IMG/VR virus record: IMGVR_UViG_3300042400_000292
DNA from: a virus
Length of the DNA: 38,314 nucleotides
Reading direction: 5' to 3' (one strand)
This document shows, piece after piece, positions 22,487-31,808 of the stretch (its first letter is position 1; each line of letters begins with the position of its first letter). The translations under genes were made by a program, and so were the position numbers. A model generated the notes under the pieces. It did not search any database and was not told the origin of the DNA. It saw only the letters and a program-made list of their open reading frames with translations.

Positions 22487-22579
22487 AAAACTGTGGCTAG
22501 TCAATCGAAGATGAACACCCTTAAGCAAGGTTGCCACATAACTTTTCGCTTAATAATTCTATGCTTAAGGAATTTTCAA

Positions 22580-23083
22580 ATGACAGAACTTACACAACAA
22601 AGACTTAAAGAACTTTTATCTTATGACCATGAAACTGGTTTGTTTACTTGGCTGGTAAGTAAAGGATGCGTTAAAGCTAATTCGGTTTCAGGAACTAAAC
22701 GCAAAGATGGATATATTCAAATTAGAACTAATAAGAAATTATATCTATCACACCGTCTTGCATGGTTATACGTATACGGAGAATTACCTGAAAATGATTT
22801 AGATCATATTAATGAAGTTAAAGACGACAATCGTATAGTTAATTTAAGATTAGCTACAGATCAAGAAAATATGCAAAATGTTTCAAGTCCAAGAATTGAT
22901 AACACATCAGGGTTAAGGGGTGTTCATTGGTATAAACGAGTTAAAAAATGGCAATCACAAATAATGGTAAATAAAAAACGAATACACTTAGGACTTTTCA
23001 ACACTGCAAAAGAGGCTTATGAAGCTTATTTAAAAGCTAAAAGAGAGAGTCATCTATTTTGGGTAGAAAACAAAAAAATATGA
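22580..23083 (+). CDS. HNH homing-type endonuclease with a C-terminal AP2 DNA-binding domain (167 aa)
   Basis: Track ORF trimmed to MTELTQQRLKELL (SD AAGG). HNH_3 core LSHRLAWLYVYGELPENDLDHIN..NRIVNLRLAT..EN. AP2 domain SGLRGVHWYKRVKKWQSQI..IHLGLFNTAKEA. Confidence 0.85.
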   Translation: MTELTQQRLKELLSYDHETGLFTWLVSKGCVKANSVSGTKRKDGYIQIRTNKKLYLSHRLAWLYVYGELPENDLDHINEVKDDNRIVNLRLATDQENMQNVSSPRIDNTSGLRGVHWYKRVKKWQSQIMVNKKRIHLGLFNTAKEAYEAYLKAKRESHLFWVENKKI

Positions 23084-23310
23084 AAAATACATACAATCAT
23101 TATTTTAAAAATACAGTTCATTTAAATGCTGTTGATGTTTACCGTGTACTTTCATTGTACGGTGTTACTGATCCATGTCTGCAACATGCAATTAAAAAGT
23201 TGTTGTGCGCTGGTGATAGAGGAGCAAAGGACATTGAACAAGATGTTCAAGAAGCTATTGATGCTTTGGGGCGTTGGCAGGATATGATGGAAGAGGATGA
23301 GCTAAAATGA
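23080..23310 (+). CDS. Small protein (76 aa), DUF3310-like
   Basis: Start at the ATGA overlap with the HNH stop. NHYFKNT..VDVYRVL..QHAIKKLLCAGDRGAKDIEQDVQEAIDAL resembles the ..IKYL.RAG.KG...DL.KA.. family (from memory). Confidence 0.55.
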   Translation: MKNTYNHYFKNTVHLNAVDVYRVLSLYGVTDPCLQHAIKKLLCAGDRGAKDIEQDVQEAIDALGRWQDMMEEDELK

Positions 23311-23411
23311 GATTTCCACCAATTAACTTATTCAGTGCGCCAAAACAGGTTGCTATATGTAAACATCCAAATTGGGCTATTTATGTAAGCTGGAGAAAAA
23401 AACTTGCATAG
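23307..23411 (+). CDS. Small ORF (34 aa)
   Basis: ATGA overlap with the upstream stop. MRFPPINLFSAPKQVAICKHPNWAIYVSWRKKLA. No other support. Confidence 0.25.
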   Translation: MRFPPINLFSAPKQVAICKHPNWAIYVSWRKKLA

Positions 23412-23527
23412 ATTGTGGACTAGATAGACCGTTATATGATATGAGTATTCAACATCAAAGGTAATTGCTAAAATGGCATTAAAAACAAGCAACAAGAATA
23501 GAAAGAAGATTATAAGGTTTAAGGCAG

Positions 23528-23656
23528 ATGAACAAAGCTACAAAACCAAAGATTAAATGGGTTGGCAATTACTGGAAATGTTATAGTGCAGATAGAGTTG
23601 CTTATGGTGAGTCACCAAAGGTGGCGTTTATTAATTGGAAATCGCAGTATTTTTAA
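23528..23656 (+). CDS. Small ORF (42 aa)
   Basis: MNKATKPKIKWVGNYWKCYSADRVAYGESPKVAFINWKSQYF, with SD-like AAGG upstream. No other support. Confidence 0.3.
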   Translation: MNKATKPKIKWVGNYWKCYSADRVAYGESPKVAFINWKSQYF

Positions 23657-23703
23657 TAACTAATTTTAAGATAAGGAGTTGTCTAAAAAAGACAAAATTA
23701 GAT

Positions 23704-24000
23704 ATGGCAACATTAGGAAAAGCAGGTGGAGAAAAAACAGGTGGTCGTCAAAAGGGTGTGCAAAATGTTGCAACTGTACAAGCAAGACAAGCTATTGCAG
23801 ATTTTGTTGATGGCAATGCACATAGATTAACCGGATGGCTTGACCAAGTGGCTGAAACAAATCCAGAACGTGCGTTTCAGTTGTTTCAAAGTGTTATTGA
23901 ATATCATGTTCCAAAGTTAGCAAGAACTGATAACACTGTAACTGGTGCGGATGGTGGAGCAATAGTCCACAGGATAGAGGTTTCATTTGGCGACGATTAA
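23704..24000 (+). CDS. Candidate small terminase subunit (98 aa)
   Basis: Track ORF trimmed to MATLGKAGGEK. Lies immediately upstream of terL and overlaps it. Basic N-terminus and a helical core. The call is positional and the SD is weak. Confidence 0.45.
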   Translation: MATLGKAGGEKTGGRQKGVQNVATVQARQAIADFVDGNAHRLTGWLDQVAETNPERAFQLFQSVIEYHVPKLARTDNTVTGADGGAIVHRIEVSFGDD

Positions 24001-25252
24001 GGCAAAGTTTCCTCCAATTCTTAAAGACATATTTAAGCCAAAACGATATAAAGTCATTTATGGTGGACGTGGCTCAAGTAAAAGTTGGAGTGTTGCAAGA
24101 GCATTAATTATTAAGTCAGTTAATGAACCGATAAGAGTTCTGTGCGCTCGTGAAACACAAAAGTCTATACAAGAATCAGTACATAAGTTGCTTAAGGATC
24201 AGATTGATATACTTGGTTTACAGCATATGTTTACAGTGCTTGAAACAAAGATAATCGGGATTAATGGTTCTGAGTTTAGTTTTGCAGGTATTCGTCAACA
24301 AGGCATTACAAACTTAAAGTCTTTTGAAGGTGTTGATATATGTTGGGTTGAAGAAGCTCAGGTTTGTACTAAAAAATCATGGGATGTTTTAATACCAACG
24401 ATTAGAAAGCCTAATAGCGAAATATGGATTACCTTCAATCCAGAGTTAGATACTGATGAAACGTATGTTAGATTTGTATTGACAGATAATGAAGAAGCTG
24501 TTGTTATAAAATGCAACTATTCTGATAATCCTTGGTTTCCAGAGGAGCTTGAAAAGGAAAGAATAAACTGGTTAAAGCGTGATCCTGAAGGATATAAAAC
24601 AGTTTGGGATGGAGAATGTCGTCCTGCTGTTGAAGGTGCTATTTACGTTAATGAGATAACTAAACTTCATCTTGAAAAAAGACTAGGCAATGCTCCATAC
24701 GATCCACTATTGAAGGTTCATACAGTATGGGATTTAGGTTGGAACGATTCTATGTCTATAATGATGGTGCAGAGATCAGGTTCTGGTGAAGTAAGGATTA
24801 TTGATTATATTGAAGATTCACATCGTACTTTAGATAGTTATATTGATGAATTAAGATCAAAGGGTTACAATTACGGCACAGATTATATTCCTCACGATGG
24901 ACGTAGCAGAGATTTTAAGTCTGGAAAGTCTACTGAAGAAATATTAATGGCATTAGGAAGAAGTGTTAATGTTTTAGGACGTGAGGACATCGAGGAAGGA
25001 ATCAAGATGGCAAGGATGATGTTTGGTAGAGTTTGGATTGATAAGAAAGCTTCAGAGTTACTTAATCAAATCAAACGCTATAGAAGAACACAAAACCAAA
25101 GTACAGGTACATTTGGCGCACCACTTCATGATGATTCATCTCACGGAGCTGATTGTTTTAGGTATCTTGCAATGGCTGAACAGAATATGACTAATGATTC
25201 TTGGAGTTCTGGAGCATTAGATTATTCATATATACAAAGCGGTATAATTTAA
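23987..25252 (+). CDS. terL: Terminase large subunit (PBSX/Terminase_3-like, 421 aa)
   Basis: Walker A-like YKVIYGGRGSSKSWSVA and Walker B CWVEEAQ. The C-terminal nuclease region has VWDLGWNDS ... HDDSSHGADCFRY. TTG start as given in the track. Confidence 0.9.
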   Translation: MATIKAKFPPILKDIFKPKRYKVIYGGRGSSKSWSVARALIIKSVNEPIRVLCARETQKSIQESVHKLLKDQIDILGLQHMFTVLETKIIGINGSEFSFAGIRQQGITNLKSFEGVDICWVEEAQVCTKKSWDVLIPTIRKPNSEIWITFNPELDTDETYVRFVLTDNEEAVVIKCNYSDNPWFPEELEKERINWLKRDPEGYKTVWDGECRPAVEGAIYVNEITKLHLEKRLGNAPYDPLLKVHTVWDLGWNDSMSIMMVQRSGSGEVRIIDYIEDSHRTLDSYIDELRSKGYNYGTDYIPHDGRSRDFKSGKSTEEILMALGRSVNVLGREDIEEGIKMARMMFGRVWIDKKASELLNQIKRYRRTQNQSTGTFGAPLHDDSSHGADCFRYLAMAEQNMTNDSWSSGALDYSYIQSGII

Positions 25253-25268
25253 CAACAGAGGATTAAAA

Positions 25269-25334
25269 ATGGCTAAGTCTAAATCAAAAAAAGCTCCATC
25301 TCCAATGATGCCTGGTAAGAAAAAAGGCTGCTAA
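25269..25334 (+). CDS. Tiny lysine-rich ORF (21 aa)
   Basis: SD AGAGGA. MAKSKSKKAPSPMMPGKKKGC. It exactly fills the terL-portal gap. Confidence 0.3.
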   Translation: MAKSKSKKAPSPMMPGKKKGC

Positions 25335-25335
25335 G

Positions 25336-27492
25336 ATGGCAAAAATGACTGATTCAGAAATATTGGCAATTATCCAGAATGAAATGGCTAATGCCGATAT
25401 TACGACAACTTCATCTTCTGCATTACAAGAACCTTTAAGATATTATCTTGGGCTTCCATTAGGTAATGAACAGGAAGGGCGTAGCTCATTGGTATCAACA
25501 GATGTTGCTGATGCTATTGAGTGGATAATGCCTCAGATTATGAAATCATTTACTCAGAATAATGAGGTGGTGGTTTTTGATCCTGTCAATGAAGGAGATG
25601 AATTACAGGCACAAATTGAATCAGAATATGTATATGATGTATTGATGAAGCAAAATGATGGGTTTACTTTAATCCATCAATTTGTGAAAGATGCACTTAT
25701 GCAACGCAATGGAATGTTAAAAGTTTATTATGAAGATGATGAAAAGATAACCACATACAACTATTCAGGATTAACAGAAGATCAGTTAGCTGTTGCTTTG
25801 TTAGATGAAGATAGTGAGATATTGGAATTAACTGAAGATGAAAGTCAATCAGAAAATCCATTAGAACAAGAGCCTACTACATACAGTGCAAAGATTAAAG
25901 TTACTGAAAAATGTGGAAAGATTTGTATTGATCCTGTTGCTCCTGAAGAGTTCAGAGTTAACACACAACATAACAATATCAGTTTAGCTAATGCTAGATT
26001 TACATGTCACATTGTCAACAAGACACTTTCTGATCTAAGAGAAGAAGGGTACAAAGATGAAGACATTGAAGACTTAGTTAGCTCTGATTTGCTTAGGTCT
26101 GCATATAGATTTAATTATCAGAATGAACCAACACAAGTTCCATCAGTATTAAGTTCAGATGATGCTAACAGATTAGTAGAGGTTACTGAGTGTTATCTAA
26201 AGCTTGATGTCAATGGCGATGGAATAGCTGAATTAATGAAAGTAACAGTTGCAGGAGTTGAAACTCCAACTGTTATTTTAAGCATGGAAGAAATAGATAG
26301 TTTACCTTGGATTAGCACCACAGCGATATTGATGTCACACAAGTTCCAAGGGCTATCAATCTATGACCGCCTGAAGTCTATCCAAGACAATAAGACCGCA
26401 ATTATCCGTAACATTATGGATAACATGTATTTGCAAAACAACCAGCGCAATGTTGTTCTTGAAGGTCAAGTAAATCTTGATGATTTATTAGTGTCAAGAC
26501 CTGGTGGATTAATCCGAGTAAAAAGAACTGATGCAATAATGCCGTTGCAAACACCTGCTATTGGCGATGCAGCATTTAGTATGATGCAGTATCTTGATGA
26601 AGTTAAGGCAGGTCGTACAGGCGTGTCTGGAGATGGGACTGCTTCACCTGAAAATATTGGCAATGCAGTTGGCTCACAAGGTGTTGAGCGTATGATGAAC
26701 GCTAAAGAAGAACTGGTTGGCTTAATCATTCGTGTTATTTGTGAAACTGGTATCAAGCCTTTATGCAATAAGATTCGTGATCTTGTTACCATGCACGTTG
26801 ATACAGTACAAGACTTTAAGTTTCGTGGGCAATGGGTAAAGGTTAATCCAGCCGAGTGGGAAGAGCGAACAAAGAGTTCTGTGCGTGTTGGAACTGGAAC
26901 TGGTGACACTAGAGCTAAACTTGCAGCCATACAACAAGTTCAGATGTTGCAAGAAAAGGTCATGGCAATACCAGGTCAAGTATTAACTAATCCTACCAAA
27001 ATATACGCAACTATAGATGACTTTTGTAAGTTCTCAGGATTAGATTCAGCTAACAAGTATTTTGTTGATCCATCAAGCCAAGAAGGTCAACAAGCAGCAC
27101 AACAAGCGCAACAAACACAACAGCAACAACAGCAGGAAGCGCAACAGGCGCAACTTGAACAAATGCGTATGCAAGCTGAATTGGCTAAGTCAGCAACGAC
27201 TACAGCAGAAGCGCAGATGCAGAATGTTGCTATCAAAGGTCAGGTTGAGTTAGGTAAGCATCAACGTGAAATGGAGAAGCAATCATTTCAGATTCAGTTG
27301 GAACAGTTAAAGGCTGAATTAGACAAAGCTAAGGCTGTTCAGATAGCTGAAAAAGATTTAGAGGATATAAAGTTCAAGTATGACCAATTGTATGCTCAAA
27401 CAGCACTTAAATTAACAGAGTTGGAAGCATCATCAAATACATCTCAAGATGTTAATTATGAGCAGAACAGGAACAATATGTATGACGGTTGA
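25336..27492 (+). CDS. Portal protein (718 aa) with a Q-rich coiled-coil C-terminus
   Basis: Directly follows terL. The N-terminal PLRYYLGLPLGNEQEGRSSLVSTDVADAIEW pattern is typical of P22-type portals (from memory). The C-terminus contains QQAAQQAQQTQQQQQQEAQQAQ. Confidence 0.85.
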   Translation: MAKMTDSEILAIIQNEMANADITTTSSSALQEPLRYYLGLPLGNEQEGRSSLVSTDVADAIEWIMPQIMKSFTQNNEVVVFDPVNEGDELQAQIESEYVYDVLMKQNDGFTLIHQFVKDALMQRNGMLKVYYEDDEKITTYNYSGLTEDQLAVALLDEDSEILELTEDESQSENPLEQEPTTYSAKIKVTEKCGKICIDPVAPEEFRVNTQHNNISLANARFTCHIVNKTLSDLREEGYKDEDIEDLVSSDLLRSAYRFNYQNEPTQVPSVLSSDDANRLVEVTECYLKLDVNGDGIAELMKVTVAGVETPTVILSMEEIDSLPWISTTAILMSHKFQGLSIYDRLKSIQDNKTAIIRNIMDNMYLQNNQRNVVLEGQVNLDDLLVSRPGGLIRVKRTDAIMPLQTPAIGDAAFSMMQYLDEVKAGRTGVSGDGTASPENIGNAVGSQGVERMMNAKEELVGLIIRVICETGIKPLCNKIRDLVTMHVDTVQDFKFRGQWVKVNPAEWEERTKSSVRVGTGTGDTRAKLAAIQQVQMLQEKVMAIPGQVLTNPTKIYATIDDFCKFSGLDSANKYFVDPSSQEGQQAAQQAQQTQQQQQQEAQQAQLEQMRMQAELAKSATTTAEAQMQNVAIKGQVELGKHQREMEKQSFQIQLEQLKAELDKAKAVQIAEKDLEDIKFKYDQLYAQTALKLTELEASSNTSQDVNYEQNRNNMYDG

Positions 27493-27718
27493 AGATGAGA
27501 TAGAGTTAGGTAATAGAGCAAGCAGGGCTTACTCAAATTACTTGGCTGATTATATTATTAAGAAAAATGCAGATTTATATAGTCAGTTTTTGTTTACAGA
27601 TGATATAGAAAGTTTAAAATTGATAAAGGCTCAACAAAAGGCATTACAAATTATTGAGAATGATATAACTTCAGATATAGAAACTGGGCGATTAGCTCAA
27701 CTACAAAAAGGAAATTAA
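27482..27718 (+). CDS. Hypothetical head-module protein (78 aa)
   Basis: Track ORF trimmed to MTVEDEIELG, overlapping the portal stop by 11 nt. Confidence 0.55.
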   Translation: MTVEDEIELGNRASRAYSNYLADYIIKKNADLYSQFLFTDDIESLKLIKAQQKALQIIENDITSDIETGRLAQLQKGN

Positions 27719-27720
27719 AA

Positions 27721-28809
27721 ATGTCAGACCAAGCTACTACTTCAACGGCTGAACTTTCGAGTGAAGCTGGAAGCGTAAATATGGTGGATCAAATTGCTAA
27801 CCTGTTATCAGGTGAACCAGAAAAAGAATCTGTTAAGAAACCAGAAATTGAAGAATCAGAGGAGGATGATACCCAACCAGACGATTCTACCCAAGATGAA
27901 GGAGATGATGCAGATAATGAGGAAACAGATGATGTTGAAGAAACTGAGTCTGATGAAGATGTCACTTGGGCAAATACCCTTGGCATTGATGAAAAAAATG
28001 TAGTCCTTGATGAAGAAGGTAACTTAGCTGGAATCAATGTAAAGGTTGATGGAAAGGTAAGTACGGTTGGAGTTAAAGACTTAATTGCTGGATACCAAAG
28101 CAATAAGAGCAATACTAATAAATCAAAACAACTTGCTGATGAAAGGCGAGATTTTGATAGCATTAAGAACGCTGTTGCTAATGAGTATGTAAGCAAAATA
28201 GAAACAGTTAATAAACTGACACAGCATCTTAAAGATACCTTAATGGGGAGTTATAAGGATGTTGATTGGAATAGACTTAGAGTTGATAATCCTGGCGAAT
28301 ACGCTGCAATGGTTCAAGATTTCAATTTACGCAATAGTGAAATAGAACAAATTTCAAGTGCAGTAAATAATGAAATGCAGGGCATTGGTCAACAAATGAC
28401 CGCAGAACAACAGGCTATTCAACAAGAGTATATTAAAAGTCAGGCTGATAAGGTCTTAGAGAAAAATCCTTCATGGGCAAAACCTGAAGTATTCAAAAAG
28501 GCTTTAGTAGAGATGACTGATTTTGTAGCAGATGCTTATGGTTTTACACAAGAAGAGTTTGGTGGAATACAAGATGCTAGGATGCTTGAGGTTATCAAAG
28601 ATGCCATGAGGTATCGTTCAAGCATAAAGAATGTTAAGACCAAACTTGATGTGAATTTACCAAAGTATCAAAAGAGTACAGGCAAGACAACTAAATCAGT
28701 TACTAAACTTGATAAACTAACAAAGATTGCAAAATCTTCTAATGGTTATCAAAAACGTAACGCTGAAACTGATGCCGTAGCAGAGTTGCTCGGTGGATTA
28801 TATAATTAA
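27721..28809 (+). CDS. Scaffolding protein candidate (362 aa)
   Basis: Lies between portal and capsid genes. Very acidic N-terminus (EESEEDDTQPDDSTQDEGDDADNEETDD) and a helical remainder. Confidence 0.6.
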   Translation: MSDQATTSTAELSSEAGSVNMVDQIANLLSGEPEKESVKKPEIEESEEDDTQPDDSTQDEGDDADNEETDDVEETESDEDVTWANTLGIDEKNVVLDEEGNLAGINVKVDGKVSTVGVKDLIAGYQSNKSNTNKSKQLADERRDFDSIKNAVANEYVSKIETVNKLTQHLKDTLMGSYKDVDWNRLRVDNPGEYAAMVQDFNLRNSEIEQISSAVNNEMQGIGQQMTAEQQAIQQEYIKSQADKVLEKNPSWAKPEVFKKALVEMTDFVADAYGFTQEEFGGIQDARMLEVIKDAMRYRSSIKNVKTKLDVNLPKYQKSTGKTTKSVTKLDKLTKIAKSSNGYQKRNAETDAVAELLGGLYN

Positions 28810-28829
28810 TTTTTTAAAAGGGTATCGAA

Positions 28830-29891
28830 ATGAGTACAGCTAACTTAGATGCAGCAACACTTAAAGGTGTTGTTCGTGGCGGTTTAATCCGTGAAGATGT
28901 CATGAACCAGATCTGGGATATTTCTAAAATCCCATTACCATTTACTGATGCGATTGGCACTGAAACTTCAGGCAATCCATACAAAGAATGGACAACTGAT
29001 GCACTTTCTGCACCAAACTTAACTAACGCTGTTATTGACGGCTCAGATGCTTCAGGTAACAACACTGTTACTGGTTTGCGTGTTGGTAATCATCACCAAA
29101 TTTCTACTAAAGTTGTTCGTACATCTTTCAGAGCAGATTCTTCTGATGTGATTGGTCGTACTAAAGAGTTGAGCTACCAAATGATGCGTAGACAACAAGA
29201 GTTGCGTCGTGACGTTGAAGCTATTGCCTTGACTAACCAAGCATCTTTTGCTGATACTGGCTCTGCTGCTGGTAATGCTGGTGGCTTACCATCTTGGTTG
29301 ACTACTAACTTTTCTGCTGGTGCAACTGGTGCAGTTGGTGGTTTTCAATCTTCAGGTGTAACTCTAAAACGTACTTATGGTACTGCCAGAGCGTTGACTG
29401 AAACTCTTGTTCGTGATGCAGTTCAATCTGTTTACTCACAAGGTGGCGATCCAACTATCATGATGTCAGTACCTGGTGTTATTCGTAGATTCAGCGAGTA
29501 TTTATTTACTTCATCTGCTCGTGTAGCAACATTGATGTCAGATCAAGGTAAATCTGCTTCTGCTGCAACTGCAATGGGTGCTGTAAACGTATTTGTAACT
29601 GACTTTGGTACTTTGAAATTAGTTCCAAACCGTTTACAAATTCCTTACACTGGCACAGCTGGTTCTACAACTGGTGTTTATGCTTCTTCTGGTGTATCTG
29701 CTGACGTATTTATCCTTGATCCTTCATACTTAGCTATGTCTTACTTAAAAGGCTACAGAACTGAAGAATTGGCTAAAACTGGTCTTGCAGAAAACCGTCA
29801 AATGTCTGTTGATTGGACATTGATCTGTAACACTGAGAAGTCACACGCAATCATTGGTGATATTACCATTGCATCTGCTGTAACTGCTTAA
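28830..29891 (+). CDS. Major capsid protein (353 aa)
   Basis: Position after the scaffold gene, SD-like AAAGGG at 28819-28824, and a terminator immediately downstream. The N-terminal GGLIREDVMNQIWDISKIPLPFTDAIG pattern recalls podovirus HK97-fold capsid families. Confidence 0.8.
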   Translation: MSTANLDAATLKGVVRGGLIREDVMNQIWDISKIPLPFTDAIGTETSGNPYKEWTTDALSAPNLTNAVIDGSDASGNNTVTGLRVGNHHQISTKVVRTSFRADSSDVIGRTKELSYQMMRRQQELRRDVEAIALTNQASFADTGSAAGNAGGLPSWLTTNFSAGATGAVGGFQSSGVTLKRTYGTARALTETLVRDAVQSVYSQGGDPTIMMSVPGVIRRFSEYLFTSSARVATLMSDQGKSASAATAMGAVNVFVTDFGTLKLVPNRLQIPYTGTAGSTTGVYASSGVSADVFILDPSYLAMSYLKGYRTEELAKTGLAENRQMSVDWTLICNTEKSHAIIGDITIASAVTA

Positions 29892-29898
29892 TATTGAT

Positions 29899-29929
29899 AG
29901 CCCACTGTAAAAGGTGGGCTTTCTTTTAT
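29899..29929 (+). terminator. Intrinsic terminator after the capsid gene
   Basis: AGCCCAC (29899-29905), 8-nt loop, GTGGGCT (29914-29920), then TTCTTTTAT. Confidence 0.75.
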
Positions 29930-29942
29930 CTGAGGAATAAAC

Positions 29943-30107
29943 ATGGCTACAACAAAAGAAAAAGAAGTAAAACCAAAAACAATTAAAATTAAAAACATTT
30001 GGACTGATCCAATTAGTTTTGAAAGTGGTGTTATTGCACCAAACGCTGAAGGTGAAGTATCTTTAGCAGAAGCAGAAGCATTATCAGAATTTGTACAAAA
30101 GGTGTAA
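29943..30107 (+). CDS. Small head-associated protein (54 aa)
   Basis: Below the track cutoff. SD GAGGA. MATTKEKEVKPKTIKIKNIW...GEVSLAEAEALSEFVQKV is typical of the short genes that follow capsid genes. Confidence 0.5.
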   Translation: MATTKEKEVKPKTIKIKNIWTDPISFESGVIAPNAEGEVSLAEAEALSEFVQKV

Positions 30108-30110
30108 GCA

Positions 30111-30434
30111 ATGGATAGTGTAATTAAAAGTGACATGCACTATGATGCTCAAAGCAATACAGTTACTCATGTTACAACACAACCTACTGAAAAGATTATC
30201 CTTGAACGCAATGCTGAGTTAAGAAAGAATCAAGGTGCTTTACATGATTTAGGTAAACAAAGTGGAGAATCTTTTGGTCGTATGGTAGCATCTATACCAT
30301 TCATTATGTTTGAGAAAGCATTAAGAGATGGATACGATCTTAACAGTCCAGACAGCCAAATTGCAGGTCAAGAGATGAATAGATTTCTAAAGTCAACAGA
30401 AGGGAAGATGTGCCTAGTTCAAGGTAAGCACTGA
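30111..30434 (+). CDS. Hypothetical head/neck-module protein (107 aa)
   Basis: Track ORF starting 3 nt after the upstream stop. Confidence 0.65.
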   Translation: MDSVIKSDMHYDAQSNTVTHVTTQPTEKIILERNAELRKNQGALHDLGKQSGESFGRMVASIPFIMFEKALRDGYDLNSPDSQIAGQEMNRFLKSTEGKMCLVQGKH

Positions 30435-30706
30435 TGGCTAAGTTCCTTGATTTTGCAAGAAACGTATGGATAGGAAGTAAAAATCCAGATGAAGGAAGAT
30501 TAAGCTTAAAAGGATTGGGAAAGCCTCAAATAGTTACACCAACATTAATTGGCATGACATTAGCTCAAGCTACCAATGCTTTATTGTCTGCTAGCTTGGA
30601 ACTAGGAACAGTTACATTAACAACAGGATTAGTAACAGCTCAAAGTGTAGCTGCATACACTAATGTATCACCTGGTACTATCGTTAATATTACATTAACT
30701 TCATGA
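30434..30706 (+). CDS. Small protein with a PASTA-like domain (90 aa)
   Basis: TPTLIGMTLAQATNALLSASLELGTVTLTTGLVTAQSVAAYTNVSPGTIVNITL follows the PASTA consensus (P.L.G....A...L...GL..G.V.......V..Q.P..G..V..G..V.L). Confidence 0.55.
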   Translation: MAKFLDFARNVWIGSKNPDEGRLSLKGLGKPQIVTPTLIGMTLAQATNALLSASLELGTVTLTTGLVTAQSVAAYTNVSPGTIVNITLTS

Positions 30707-30942
30707 GTGCTTATATGCCTGACATTAATTGCAGAGTAGCTAAAGTAGAACAGCAAATAGAAGCATTGCTTAATGACATACATCATGACCGTGAGGAATC
30801 ACGTAGACGATCTGATAGAATATTTTTAATATTAGATGAACTTCAAAAAACCACTCATAATAATAAGGGATTTTTTGGAGGTGTAGTGTTTAGTGTTTCA
30901 GCTATTTTTGCTTTTATTGTATATTTAACGAGCAAGAATTAA
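30703..30942 (+). CDS. Holin/antiholin candidate with a single C-terminal TM segment (79 aa)
   Basis: ATGA overlap upstream and TAATG overlap with the endolysin start. Coiled-coil N-terminus, then FFGGVVFSVSAIFAFIVYLT. Confidence 0.5.
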   Translation: MSAYMPDINCRVAKVEQQIEALLNDIHHDREESRRRSDRIFLILDELQKTTHNNKGFFGGVVFSVSAIFAFIVYLTSKN

Positions 30943-31373
30943 TGAGTGCATTAGAAATATTAATAAAATTAATAAAAGATTCAGAAGGTTGCAAATTAAA
31001 ATCTTATAAATGCCCAGCAGGAATATGGACTATAGGATATGGTCAGACAAAAGGAATCAAAGAAGGAATGACATGGACACAGCAACAAGCTGATGAAGAT
31101 ATAATTAAAACCGCATTACAGGCTTTTAATGAAGCGATTAAGTCTTCACCAATACTATCAACTGCTAACATGGAGAAACAAGCTGCAATAGCGGATTTTG
31201 TTTATAATTTAGGCATAACGAATTACAATAAATCAACATTAAAACTAAGGGTTGATAAAGGTAACTGGGTTTCTGCATCAACAGAGATCAAGAAATGGAA
31301 TAAGAGTAATGGAACTATTCTTAATGGTTTAGTTAAAAGAAGGCAATTAGAAGCTGACTTATTATTGATGTAA
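30942..31373 (+). CDS. Endolysin, GH24 (T4/lambda-type) lysozyme (143 aa)
   Basis: SEGCKLKSYKCPAGIWTIGYGQT carries the E-x8-(D/C)-x5-T catalytic triad. No SAR or signal sequence is apparent. Confidence 0.9.
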   Translation: MSALEILIKLIKDSEGCKLKSYKCPAGIWTIGYGQTKGIKEGMTWTQQQADEDIIKTALQAFNEAIKSSPILSTANMEKQAAIADFVYNLGITNYNKSTLKLRVDKGNWVSASTEIKKWNKSNGTILNGLVKRRQLEADLLLM

Positions 31374-31382
31374 GGAATTATA

Positions 31383-31799
31383 ATGGCTATATCGGTTTAC
31401 ACAAAATACACTGCTGGAGTTGAGTCACTGGTAGAAGGAACAAATGCAGGAACAGATGTTTGGAAGGTAGCATTAGCAAATACTATCAACATTTCTGATA
31501 CAACATTTGTAGCTGGCACAACAGACTTACCTACATCTGGTGGATATACAGCAGGTGGTAATACTTGTGCTACAACATCATCATCTCAGTCTGGTGGAAT
31601 ATTTAAACTTGTGCTTGCAAGTCCAGCTATTTGGACAGCAACAGGCGCAGGATTTACTTATCGCTATGCGATTCTTTATAACTCAACACTGAATATTCCA
31701 ATAGGTTTTTGGGATTATGGCTCAAGCCAACTTATTTCAGCTTCTGAAACAGTGCAGATCGTACTTGATTCGGTCAATGGCGTGTTTCAAATAACTTAA
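31383..31799 (+). CDS. Hypothetical tail-module protein (138 aa)
   Basis: Track ORF. Preceded by the 18-bp cassette TAAGGAATTATAATGGCT, which is repeated before the next gene. Confidence 0.65.
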   Translation: MAISVYTKYTAGVESLVEGTNAGTDVWKVALANTINISDTTFVAGTTDLPTSGGYTAGGNTCATTSSSQSGGIFKLVLASPAIWTATGAGFTYRYAILYNSTLNIPIGFWDYGSSQLISASETVQIVLDSVNGVFQIT

Positions 31800-31808
31800 G
31801 GAATTATA

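Noticed and set aside
23394-23402. A-run (ggagaaaaaaac) as a programmed frameshift site
   Set aside because: It sits in a weakly supported 34-aa ORF, with no downstream frame that would give a meaningful fusion and no stimulatory structure.
23635-23703. N-terminal extensions given by the track from non-ATG or far-upstream starts (23635, 22493, 12081, 35845, 34137, 16541, 14885, 14398, 10606, 10215, 9956, 9435, 27449, 23059)
   Set aside because: In each case an internal ATG gives a start/stop overlap or a properly spaced SD, and it removes long overlaps with the upstream gene. The coordinates were trimmed accordingly, but the starts remain predictions.
26466-26930. 154-aa minus-strand ORF; likewise 26761..26979, 27062..27253, 27789..28196, 27794..28003, 28814..29065, 29052..29240 and 29888..30136
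   Set aside because: They are antisense or out of frame within the portal, scaffold, capsid and post-capsid genes. They are shadow ORFs, and 29888..30136 also covers the terminator and a better plus-strand small ORF.
27085-27150. CAA/CAG-rich tract as a non-coding microsatellite
   Set aside because: It is the in-frame poly-Q/coiled-coil segment of the portal C-terminus.
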